A stretch of 61,066 bases of DNA, counting the filler, from Sphacelaria rigidula (Eukaryota): assembly GCA_964200075.2 (NCBI GenBank). It is 9 parts of 9 records of this genome, joined end to end, with 100 filler letters (N's around TTAATTAATTAA, not from the genome) between each part and the next. Parts side by side here need not be neighbours in the genome. Positions count along the whole stretch, not along the records: positions 33,983 to 40,678 come from CAXNAA020018557.1; positions 40,779 to 47,474 come from CAXNAA020018558.1; positions 47,575 to 54,270 come from CAXNAA020018559.1; 6 more parts are not named here. One strand, 5' to 3'. Both the position numbers and the translations under genes were made by a program. The number at the start of each line of letters is the position of its first letter. Within the stretch, counting starts at the first letter, position 1. The notes beneath the pieces were generated by a model. It did not search any database. It was not told where the DNA came from and saw nothing but the letters and a program-made list of their open reading frames with translations. Positions 38,985-50,240 of the stretch are shown here, one piece after another.

Positions 38985-39410
38985 AAATTGGGGATATATT
39001 TTTTATTGAGGATGAGAACCCGGAGAATGAAAATCTTCGTATCCACACCAATTTTTTTTAATATGAATCCCTTCTTCACCTGGTGGTAGCTATTGACAAG
39101 TACTACACGCCATAAAGAATTGGATCCTGATCACCGGCATGTTGGGTTCCAAGGTGACGAAACAATACTTGAGGTATTTAGATGATCCGATCACATCGCC
39201 GAAATTCCCCAAACTTGGTTTTTCACCTAGGACCCCAACACTTCGGTTATCGGCATCCAAACTTGTATGGCGTGTAGTAGTTGTCAATAGCTACCAGCAG
39301 GTGGAGAAATGGAACCATATTTCGAAGATTCGGTGAGGAAACGAAGATTTGAATTCTCCGGGTTTTTCATCCCCCCCCCCAAAAAATATCCTCATTTTGC
39401 AAAATTCCGT
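38985..39410. mobile_element. Foldback/palindromic MITE centred near 39190; related arms at 20470-20600 and 40781-40850
   Basis: cacctggtggtagctattgacaagtactacacgccata (39077-39114) is inverted by tatggcgtgtagtagttgtcaatagctaccagcaggtg (39266-39303); inner and outer arms also inverted. Confidence 0.8.
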
Positions 39411-39559
39411 GTTTGTTGAGGGTTTCGCTCGCAAGACCAGTACTAGATCTTGGAATATGATTCCTTGTTTTGTGATCACTTCGTTCATTTCCTGCTCAAT
39501 GCTTCCATCACGTTTCTTGTCGGTATTAGCCTTCTCTTGTCCATTTTCTTACTTTCCAG

Positions 39560-40288
39560 TAGAGATGTGCTCCGTTTGAATTTTGCAAACCGAGCGGATT
39601 TCGGATTTCCGGCAGCCTCATCCGGATCGATCCGCGGATTGGAGAAAGTGGCGGATATCAGAATATCCGAATATCCGAATATCCGAATATCCGGATGTCC
39701 AACTTGCAGACGGATTTCGAGGAAAACAAACGATGGATACTCCTCAACTCTCCCTATATGCATTTTGCGCATGTTGTCTGAAAAAGGGTAGTGGAGCTTT
39801 GGATCACGTATCACGAGTCGCATCGGCTGCTCCATCTCTTCCCGCGAGGACACAATTTACGATCTCACGACCATCTACTGGTTGCAACGTTTCTGTCGGA
39901 TTCTTTTCAATTGAGTGTTGATCGAGTAAACTTCTCGGCCGCTTCCCAAGAACCCTCCAGAAACATCGGCATCTCAAGCCGTTTTTGCTTGAATTTGTTT
40001 GTTCGTTGCATCATAACAAGCCCACTCTGCGGGAAGACTCGCTCTGAGGGACCTGACGACGCCGGAACACCCGGGGCGTTCCGAGCGACGTGCCCAATGA
40101 GTAGATACTTGTGCGCTTTCAGCGCCCCCCACTTGAGCGGGTTCTCGCCTATGGCCAGAGCATGTTCTATCGCAATATCCAAATACCAAGAAAAACAAAT
40201 CCACGCATTTGTTCTTCAAACGGAGCGGATTAGGACTGGAGGTAAACGGAGCGGATATCCGGAGTGGACGGAGCGGAGCACATCTCTA
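39560..40288 (-). mobile_element. Internally deleted hAT transposon (729 bp) retaining a decayed C-terminal dimerisation domain
   Basis: TIR TAGAGATGTGCTCCG / CGGAGCACATCTCTA; perfect 8-bp TSD CTTTCCAG (39552-39559, 40289-40296); ORF 39907-40182 NPLKW...ARN.PGVPASSGPSERVF; subterminal gaatatcc repeats. Confidence 0.95.
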
Positions 40289-43200
40289 CTTTCCAGATAC
40301 TTCTCTGCCATTACTTTCCAGCTACTTTCTTTATTGAGGCTTCTTCAGCGAGTGCTCCCGGTTATTTATTTTTGATGCAGGAGTCGCCGTGCCCCGGTAG
40401 TCTAATTCGTGCATCGGTTAGGGCGAAGGTGAAGGTCTGATTGTCGGCAGATATACGTTTTTCTTTTGAGGAGTATATCTTCTTTCTTGTGTTGAAAACA
40501 TGATGAGAACGTGGGTATGAACAGCACAGGAAATTTGGCGATGGTCGACGCAGTACGAAAGTAAGTGCTGATCCAATCCACAACACCAAATGTCAGGTAT
40601 ACACCGCGTGGGAGGGGGGGGGGGGGGGGGGCTTCAAGATCGTGGAAGACGGAGGCGTGAGCGGGGTGAGCCCCCCCCNNNNNNNNNNNNNNNNNNNNNN
40701 NNNNNNNNNNNNNNNNNNNNNNTTAATTAATTAANNNNNNNNNNNNNNNNNNNNNNNNNNNNNNNNNNNNNNNNNNNNATACGAAGATTTTAATCCTCCG
40801 GGTTCTCATTTTCAATGAAAAGCACCATCCTCAACATAGATGATCGGCTGTTTTTACGAGTAAAGAAAAAGCTTAGTTTTCGCTGCTTTGAGGATGAATC
40901 CTCGCAGCTGTAATAAAGGTACGTCTGGGTGGGTTGGCGTCATGAAGACGCATCTTAGCTTGTTGCCATGCCGCTTCAGACCCGTTGATGACTGTGGCTA
41001 TTTGAATTTAGGGGTATTCTCAGACCTCAGACTGCAGGTCTGTTCAGAGTTGGTCAGGTACGAGTGTGAACTTGTATATTGCAGATATGATATCGGCTTT
41101 GTTTGTCCTCGCACGAACGAAGTCTCAGTCTCCTGTCACTACCGTCTACTGCCCCTCTCTCAGCAAGGAGTCTAACATCAGTGAGATTGATATACTGAGC
41201 GTGAGATTGGATTGATTCATTGGATACTGGAAGGTCGAGACCAGACAATAAAGAAGAAGACATAACGAACGCGTGAGATACTGGTTTACTTGAACACGTC
41301 TTGTGTGGGACTGGTGCACAGGGTGAGAATACACTGAACATTACCTTGTCGCTTGGCTGTACGGTCTTTCGACTGTCCACTTGCCTTGCCTAGTGAGCCT
41401 GTGCTTGTCATAACAGCACCGTAACCCCATTACAATTCGTACACCGGAAGCTGTTCGAAATAAATCCTCATCTTGCCGGTCAATACCTGGATCAGGCAAA
41501 ACAGATCCTATTTGCTGGTAGCTTTTGCCCTTCAAGCCCCATATGCTGTACCGTGTTAAAAAAATAGGCTGTGGAGCTTACTCTCGTCAATGCTTCGTAT
41601 GGTATTGTATTTGCATCGAGGAATAGTATGGATCGCCGGTGCTGCTTACGATAGTCTGGTCTGATATGGAGCGTAGCAGTAGGTGGGTTGCCCTCACTAT
41701 TCTTGGTTGACCGTTCAACACGGTGGGTTGTTTGGACTGTCTTGCCCGCAAGCGGCGCCTTGAACACTATCTTCTGTCTACACTCCAAAGCAGCTTGTCT
41801 GCTTGCTTGGCTTAAGTTCCATTGCACCAACTCTAGCGATCACGACGAAGGGGTCTTAGCGACACCTTTTCTAACAGGTTATGAGCCTCGGCGTTGGCGT
41901 CTACCCGGACTTTGGAAGAAGAAGGGCAGCAGCAAAAAGGAATTATCTTTGCTGGAAAACAACGTGAGTTGAGTCAAAGTAAAGACGGCACTACACTTGT
42001 GTGCGTCTGGCACTGCAGCAGTATATCACGAAGTGAGGACGGCACTCTATCCTGTCCGCACCTGGTGACATACGTAATATTTAAACAGCGGGACAATCGT
42101 TGGATCCTATTGGGGGAAAATTGAACGCATTTACTATTGAACTGCACAGCCGTAAATCCGCCTGCAACATCCTGTTTATCGATATCCTGTCTGAAGCTAT
42201 CCATCAATGAATGTCAAGCGGCTCATCCAGTGGACGCTGCCGCGGTGGGGGACCATTACGAGTGCTACTTCTCTACAGTTTTTTTGAGCTACCGACTAGT
42301 CAAGTGGCGGTGAGCAAAGCCGATTGTGTGGTGGGAAAACTATACTTGGACACCGTTGAACACCCTCTATCTATACTCGTGAAGTTGGAGCAGAGCGACG
42401 GACAGGATTCACAAGGCGGACAATGAAGGTATTCGAGGGGTACTGAAACTCTGTGCAAAGTTTGATGGCAGGGAGAAAGCGAGCTTCCGGGAATATAAAG
42501 ACACACTCCGGGTGATCCTGTCCCTCCACACAATGAGGCCGCAGAAATCCTGCAGGGGCGGCAAAGACCCAGATCCACCGTAATCAATGATTACCAACCA
42601 CCCTGTGATACGACAACTTCCGTGGCGTGGGATCGTGCAAACGATGATCTGTTTGGTATTCTGTTTTTCAACACGGAAAATTAACAAACAATACCGTCAG
42701 ACGTCATATGGGGAAAACCCAACAGGACGGGGTCGGGGACGGGCAAGCAGCGTGGGCAGCGCTGAGCAACAAATTTGTCGGCAACGGCAATGAGGCACGA
42801 AGGGAGTTCACCGACGAACTTCATACTACAACGATGCAGTCCGGAGATGATCCAGAATACTTCCTGTTTGTCATGGACGGCTACCCTGACCGCCTAGATG
42901 AAATGGAACAATGTATACCCGACCAGAGGTACGAGGACATTATCTTTCGAGCCCTGCCTGCCGAGTACGAAAGGGTTCGTATTGTTAGCTGCGAGATGCG
43001 TGATTTTTAATTTGGCGAATCTCCGATATATGGTCAGCACCATGTATACCGACTATCTCTCTCGCCCAGATGCTATAAACTTGGTCGCAGGCCGCGGGGT
43101 CGCCATGCAGGCCAGTGGAAGTGGGGATAGCAGAAGAAACTACAGAACATACTTCCGCTGCGGAAAGTGAGGCCACGTTAAAAGAATTGCCCCTCTCGAA

Positions 43201-43717
43201 ACGCGGCCCAATCACTGACAGGGAGAGACAAGGAAAAGAGGACAGAAAGCGAGTGGTGCTCCTTCCACATATCAACAACCCACAGCGACCAAGAGTGCCG
43301 TTTTTTGCAACGGCGCAACCAGCAGGCAACAAACAACCAGCAGGCAACACATCTCGCGCAGTGGTCGGGTTACCCACCAGTCACCGGTGCAAGGGAGCAG
43401 ACCTCAGCCATCTCCTTCAATACCTTAGAAGCGCCCCGAACACAAAATCCGCGGGAAATGGACAACCTTTCGCCGTTTGCTCCAACGAACAAGCCCGTTG
43501 CTTCATTTGACAGCAGCAGACTCTTCGGTGCCTTCGAAGGGACGGACGGGGCCGAGGAGGCCAGGAGTCTGGAGTTCCGGCGTAGGACTCACAACACATT
43601 GCGGGGAATCAAGGTGGCACTTTCCCTGATAGTCCGCGCCTTGGCCATAATAGCCGTGGTTCATTACGTCTGGTTGGTGTTTGGGAGCTTATTTTACCAC
43701 CGAGCCTCGTCGAGCCC

Positions 43718-43966
43718 GACGCTTTCTACGATAGCCCCCCGCCAAAACCAACCCAAGTCTGCCACAAAGAAAATGGTCATACAGCGTCTGATGTTTGATT
43801 TCAGGCTGCATCACGCGTCTCATACCGGCGACATTGGCGACACCGAACCCAAGCGTGGGAACTCCTAGCTGCTTGTTGTGCTCGCCTTTTTTATTTCGAT
43901 TAACGTGTAGATTTTGCATCCCCAAACCAGCCACTTTTTCGGGGGGGGGGTATCGTAGAAAGGGTC
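43718..43966. mobile_element. MITE inserted in Copia between gag and protease
   Basis: TIR GACGCTTTCTACGATAGCCCCCC / rc GACCCTTTCTACGATACCCCCCC; flanks gccc/accc (imperfect 4-bp TSD). Confidence 0.7.
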
Positions 43967-45599
43967 ACCCCTACGACAACGCTGGAACATTTGGTGGTAT
44001 CACCGACGCTGACGATGGGTCGGCTCTCGCGGCGGGACCCGCTCTCAACAAGTAGAAGGAAGGCAACAACAGCTATATCAACTCTGTCAGTGTCATGGTA
44101 GACAGTGGCCCGTCGGGAGATTTCTTTAACGATACCCTCATCCCGGGACTGCGACACAAACTCTGCAACTACCAGGAACTAGCGACCCCGCGTAAGATCA
44201 CCACCGCAGGAGGGCACCAACGGGCAGGGGTTGGTAAGGGACTGCTCCGACACGTCAAAGACGACGAAGGGGTCATGCGCGTGGTTCAGATTTTGTGTTT
44301 GGTCGTGTCTGCCTTGGGACGGAATCTGTTCTCCGTCAAGCAAGCGACACGAAATGGAGTGATATCTATTTCGAGATGAACAACCCAAGACTGGAAACGC
44401 ACAACTTCACCGTTCCGCTCCAGGAGCTGGGGAGTGACCTGTAGTTGTTTTCTCTAGAAGTAATCAGTGGCAACGACCCGCCCTGACTTGCCATGCAAGC
44501 TGCAGACACCACCATGCTGTGGCATTGGCGGACGGGGCACTTGAACAGCAATAGTTCGAACCTTCTTAAAACCGTCGAAAGTAACGAAGTGGACTTTGGT
44601 GGATCTATCCCGGACTGTAATATTTATGCTGTTGGGAAAAAACATCAACTAGCCCATCCGAAGACAGACAACAACAAAGTGCAACGCACCTCCCAACGGG
44701 TCCTGACCATGGGTGGGACCGGCGGCGTTCGGGTCGAACGACTCAGGGCAAACAAAGGGGGTGAATTTATTGGCAACGATTTTAGAACGTACTGTCCGCA
44801 GACAGCCATATTGCTAGAGTTTGCGAGCACCAATACATCACAACAAATTGGCCTGTCAGAACGCGAAGGAAGGACGCTTGCAGCCATGGTCTGGTGCATG
44901 CTTGCCAACAGCGGTTTACCGACCTGTTCCCTGGGGGGAATCAATGCGCAGGACATCCTACCTTGCAAACAGAGCACCGCACTGCGCGCTGAGAATGCAA
45001 TGTCCGCACAAGATGCTGCAGGGGAGAAAACCAGATCGAAGACATCCTCGAGTCATTGGGGCCAAGGTGTTCGTCAACACCAATGAGAGCACTCAGAAAC
45101 TATCTCCCGAGGCAGTCGGAGGACGATTGGTTAGCTATGGTGGCAAAAGCAGCAAGTGCTATCGCGTCTACATTATAGAGCCTTCACTACCCAACGACGA
45201 GGAGCCTGGCGACAGCGAGGGTCACAACCACACCCTCAATGACGCCTTCATACGCGACCTTCGCAATCATACTTCTGTATTTACTCATCCGGCTCATGTC
45301 TTTGCCGACCATGCCACTGCCAGCGGGGGCTTTAGAAATTTCACAAGGAGGCGAGCTTCCGGGGAGAATCGGCGCCATCACCAGGCGAAATATGCACGAC
45401 GGTGCCCCGATCCGTGGAGGGACGCTTCCGCACGATTGTCTTACACAGGCTGGTACACTGCCGGAGCAACTCGTGACACACCCACGGGACGAATTTAGCG
45501 AACACATGGTGACATGGCTCGCAGAACCATCACTACTCCACCACCATCGACACTCGCTTCATGGTGACATGTGCACGCATCGCAGCCCGCAACTACAGG

Positions 45600-45628
45600 C
45601 AACAACAACAACAACAACAACAACTACA

Positions 45629-45675
<47 letters not shown>

Positions 45676-45733
45676 GACTACTACGACTACTACGACTACT
45701 GCTGCTACTGCTGCTGCTGCTGCTGCTGCTGCC
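45600..45733. repeat. Compound trinucleotide microsatellite (CAA)n(CTA)n(CTG)n within Copia pol
   Basis: Directly visible. Confidence 0.95.
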
Positions 45734-46369
45734 ACAAGGATCGAGTCGGCGTGCTGGACTGGAAACAAGCCCCCGGCTTCGGTTGCGGCAGTCATTCCGA
45801 CTTACAGGATTCAGGGTATTCGCATGACGTCGGTAATAGTTGGGGGGTACAACCTGGAGCGATGGCAGAATGACTCCAAGGTGCTGGAAATAATCAAGCA
45901 GAAACTAATGGGACGTTTTTTATGATGGGCATGGGAGATGTACCGTTAGTGCTGGGAATGCAGGTTGTACGTGACCGGCGTTGACTATCTTGCTATTACG
46001 TAATAGCAAGATAGTCAACACCAGCCACACAAATTACACCAAGCCTCTCCAGGAACGATGCGGGAGGGGAACTGCAACCCGGCGTGCACTCCTGGGGTGG
46101 GACAAGAACTGTCACCGGACCAGCCGAAGGACAAAATACTAAACGAGAAGGAAAAGCGGCGCTTCCAGGCCGTCACAGGCAGTGTGATGTATCTCGCTCG
46201 AGTGAACCGCTACGACATTGGATACGGCGTGAAGCAACCGGCGCGCGCGATGTCCACACCGTCGAAGTTGCATGTGGCAGCTGCAAAACACTTACTTCGA
46301 TATTTGGCCGGCATCACGGACCATGACATCGCCTACAACCAGGGTGATTTCCAATTGACGGCTTTTCAA

Positions 46370-46467
46370 CCCTTAGACTGCGAGGTTAGTCTTCTGTTGA
46401 ATCGGCATCAATTTCAAGTGAAGAAAAGTATGCATGACCTAGAAAGACTAATCTCGCGGTCTAAGGG
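46370..46467. mobile_element. piggyBac-like MITE, inverted second copy of 26307-26403, interrupting the Copia RNase H start
   Basis: CCCTTAGACTGCGAG ... CTCGCGGTCTAAGGG; flanks TCAA/TTAG; splits LTAF from DAS..NNPDNGKSTSS. Confidence 0.88.
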
Positions 46468-47677
46468 TTAGATGCGAGTGGGGACAACAACCCCGACAAC
46501 GGAAAATCCACATCATCATATAACAGGGGATTCTATAAAATGAGGTTGATCAATGAAATGAGGTTTGAGGAGGCTAGCCAGTATGCGACAAAACTCCGAG
46601 GGAAGTACCGTCCGCAAGTACCTTCGATCAATACGGGGCGTACTCATTTGTTGCTTGCCTTCACACGTGGACAGATAGCACCCTGTGGAGGGCGTCTACA
46701 GGGTTTACGTACCCTGCGCAGTGTTTCTGGCGGGAATTTTACTGTACAGTGTTTTCCAGCGTGGCACAGGACGATCCACAGGGTTTCCCTACAGTGGTCA
46801 TGAATCGTGTGCATCACAGGGTTCCTCTCCACAGGGTTTCTCTACAGTGATCATGAATAGTGTGCATCACAGGGTTCCGTCGCCCCGTGAAGAGTTCAAC
46901 GCTGCTGGCAATGCTGTGCAGTGTGTTTACGCACAAACGCTACCCTCCACATGCAGCTGCGGGCGCAAGGTACTGGAGGAAAAAAAACCTGATTAGGTTG
47001 GACGGAGAATCGAATCCTCGGCTTCATCGTTGTACAGTCAACCGGTTACACACGGAGCTACGCGTGGTAGTCGTTGTTGATTGGATATATTTTTTGTACT
47101 TCTGAATTTTGGGGCCCTCGAAGGTCCGTGTCAATAACACTGAAATCTCCCGAACTGTTTTTAGAGGCACAACAAGTGTCATGGAAATCTGGAATTTGGA
47201 CAGCCGCTGCTGTTCGAAATAAATCCTAATTCCAAACTTGGAATATAGGGGGAAACGGATTCATTTCGAAGAGCTTCAGCTGTACAGATAATCCCATATA
47301 CACTGTATATAGCAGATGGAATTTGTACACCACCAAGAGTACCTGAAATGGGGTGGAGAAAGAACTTGCTCGCGAGCAGCTTCAGCTGTTCAAGTCTCAC
47401 ATACTAACAGCAAATTGTAAGAATTGAGGTTTAACTCTGAATTGAGGCTCAAGTGGGCAACCCAACTTGCGAACNNNNNNNNNNNNNNNNNNNNNNNNNN
47501 NNNNNNNNNNNNNNNNNNTTAATTAATTAANNNNNNNNNNNNNNNNNNNNNNNNNNNNNNNNNNNNNNNNNNNNCCCAAAGGGAAGTCTTCGTCCCGCGC
47601 CCCCCCCTCGCCCCCCTTTTTGGGGGGGGGGGGGCCCTGGGGATTCCCCCCCCCCCCCCCCCCCCCCTAACAAAAAG

Positions 47678-47789
47678 GAGCGCATGGAGGTGACCACGGT
47701 AGATGACATACCGCTCGGAGCATCACCAGCTCCTATATTTTCGATAACCGACAGCGAGGAGGGGGCGATTACGGGATCGTGCAATTATG
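47678..47789 (+). CDS. Possible internal exon of an unidentified gene
   Basis: Long poly-C then taacaaaaag acceptor, open frame ERMEVTTVDDIPLGASPAPIFSITDSEEGAITGSCNY, g|gtgggt donor; no homology recognised. Confidence 0.4.
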
Positions 47790-48514
47790 GTGGGTTTCGG
47801 TGTTGTGGGGGTAGGTGTGAAGGCGGCGGTTAGTTGCGTGACTCATGAGACGAGAGGCGGGGGGACCGAGAAATGAAAGATGAGCACAAGGGAACAGCCA
47901 CTCAGCAGAGTGAGCAGCATGTCTTCACATCAGCGAAAGAGAACAACCGACGGGCACCAGCATGAGAAGGACAGATACATGAGACACGCACCACACACAC
48001 GAAACAAAACCATCGCACGAGGCCATATCTGTTCGGGATTGAATTGTCGTGTCTTGTTCTCTTTGTTCCTCCAGCTGTTGGGCATGCAGTCCACCGTTTC
48101 GCTCTGAAACAGGAAATATCACCACAACGTGTCTTGGGTATTATGCATCACCTTAGGCAGAAAAGTCCAGTCCACTTCTTCGATTCGCTGAGCCCTGTGG
48201 CGTCGAGAGTGACCTCCGGATAAGAATAAACCTCAAAATGTCATATTTGAATGTTGTTTGCTCTGATAGTCATGCAAATGGTCATAGCCTCTGCATTACA
48301 GTATCTTCATTCCGACGACATCCCCTGTCTTCGAGCCTCAAAAGTTTTCGAATGTTCCAAGTGTGAAATATCCAACCAAAATACATCTACTCCCCACAAC
48401 AGATGGCTCGAGAGCGGATGGTTGAGGCTGTTTTCATTATATTCTTAACATGCACGAGTGAACAAAGCCACCGGGTGTACGTCACTCATGATATCCAGCA
48501 ATAAGACAAAGGAA

Positions 48515-50240
48515 TCACACCCCACGACAGACCCTCATACATTCATCTTCCCTTCGCTTCTTCTTCGAGCCCCTTCCCGCAGTACTCAGTCTACTACTAT
48601 TGCTACTGCTGAGGCGGTGGCGACGAATTGGGGTTCGTGAGAATTGTTGCCCATGGCCGTCGTTCCTGGGCTCCTCGCTTCTCTGTTCGGGGTGTTCCAT
48701 CGTGATGCCCATTTTCCTTATCATCAATCCCTGATAAGTTTGTGAGATCACACAGTCTTCCAGGGGGGTGACGGCCGTTTCGGCTGACTCGATCGCTTCG
48801 GTGTGAATCACGAACAACCTTCCCTTTTCAATAAAACAATCCGTTTCTAATCTCACCATCAGGTTGTTCTTCAACGCCAATTCAAAACATACAGCGCGAG
48901 AGCCCTAAGGTGAAATTCTTTAAGTCACGGCCGGAGGGTGCATCTCATTATAAAGAAAAAAACGATGCTTGTTATGAAGGTTCTCAACGCTCATCTTCAG
49001 AATCAAACCCATCCGCAATACAAGAAGGGGTCCTGAGAAGTAAGGATGAACATTGAAACGACCTTTAACTCCAAGCAGTGCTTCACTGGCCTCAAGTCAT
49101 TACAAAGATCTCTTCCACATGGACAACCTAAAGCCCCCCATTCTCCCTGAAACTATTTTCGGGTGCTTCCGGTTTTTCGTTTTCCTAAAGGATATGTGCG
49201 AAAACACCGTTGTCGGGCTAAAATCATCTCTTTTCTTCAAACCCGAAATCGAGGCTAAAGGGTGCTTTCTCACATACCCTTTTGGGAAACGAGAGACGAG
49301 AAACGCCCTCCGAAAATATTATAGGGAGGTCGGAGTGCACGAAGTCGCCCGTATGGCAGTCAGTTTTCATGACTTTCAGGCCAAGGAAATCACTGTCTTT
49401 TTGGAGTTGAACCTCATGGTAATGTTCAACCTCATTTATCAGGTTGTTCCCTTCAATTTTTATAATTCCGTGTTGAATGGTCACCAGGATCAATCGGAAT
49501 GATCATTACATCGAAACCGTTACCGAGCCAATGATGTTCTCCCGTTCCCATACAGATCCATACTGAGCAAATCATGTTCTCTCATTCCCGTCCGAACGAA
49601 TAACCGCGCAAATATACTGCTCCCACTTACGGTACAGCAAAGCACAATGAACTCCCTCCTCTGCTTGGTCATCATGACCTTCAAGAGGGAATCCTGAGAA
49701 CAGAGGTTGAACGATAAAGGAGGTTCAACCCGGAAACAGTACTCTCCCCACGCTACAGGAGTTATTCGTGATGTAGGGAACGCATTGTTTCGGCATCAAG
49801 ACTTATTTTTTGTTCAACCTCATTTTTCAGAATCCTCTCTTTATTTCAGATTTGTAAACAACACGTCCTCCTGCATGAGGTCCACGTACGGTTTCGTGTT
49901 GCTCGCATGTCTCGGCATAGTAAGTGTGGACCATGAGTTGCCACATGGTGAAGAAATACACATACACACAAGGAACGGAAACACCATCATGCCACATGGT
50001 GACTGGTTCCCGTACCAATGATCACCAGGGTGGCACATGACAAAAACAGGTACCGTGCATTACCGTGGTGGATGGATTCCGTGGTTAACGTTACCAACCT
50101 CAAAAGCGCATGCATACCAAAGCGACTCCACGACGGAAGTCTAGTTGTATCCTCTTCATGGTGATTTAAATTCATCGCGTTGCACGAGTTTACGTCAACC
50201 ACCGGTCACATTATGCGTCACGAACAGTAGAACAATTATG
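48515..50240 (-). pseudogene. Decayed intronless ORF of unknown family
   Basis: ORFs 49224-49493 and 48515-48880 appear to be linked by protein-like sequence broken by isolated stops; further fragments up to 50202. Confidence 0.4.

Larger units (their letters stand above)
41554..46525 (+). mobile_element. Ty1/Copia LTR retrotransposon, decayed and 3'-truncated (5' LTR 41554-41876, PBS 41877-41890, gag, PR, IN, partial RT/RNase H)
   Basis: LTR TGTTAAAAAA...TTTTCTAACA then GGTTATGAGCC (copia-type PBS); gag GQAAWAALSNKF, knuckle remnant YFRCGK*GH; PR VDSG...GRNLFSV; LWHWRTGH; IN RLRANKGGEF...QQIGLSER; RT GSVMYLA...YDI...AAKHLLRYLAG; PR-IN-RT order. Confidence 0.93.

Noticed and set aside
47211..47230. 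tgttcgaaataaatcct matching 41452, as a possible Copia 3' LTR
   Set aside because: Match is short, lies outside the LTR defined by inverted termini and PBS, and the following sequence does not match 41554-41876
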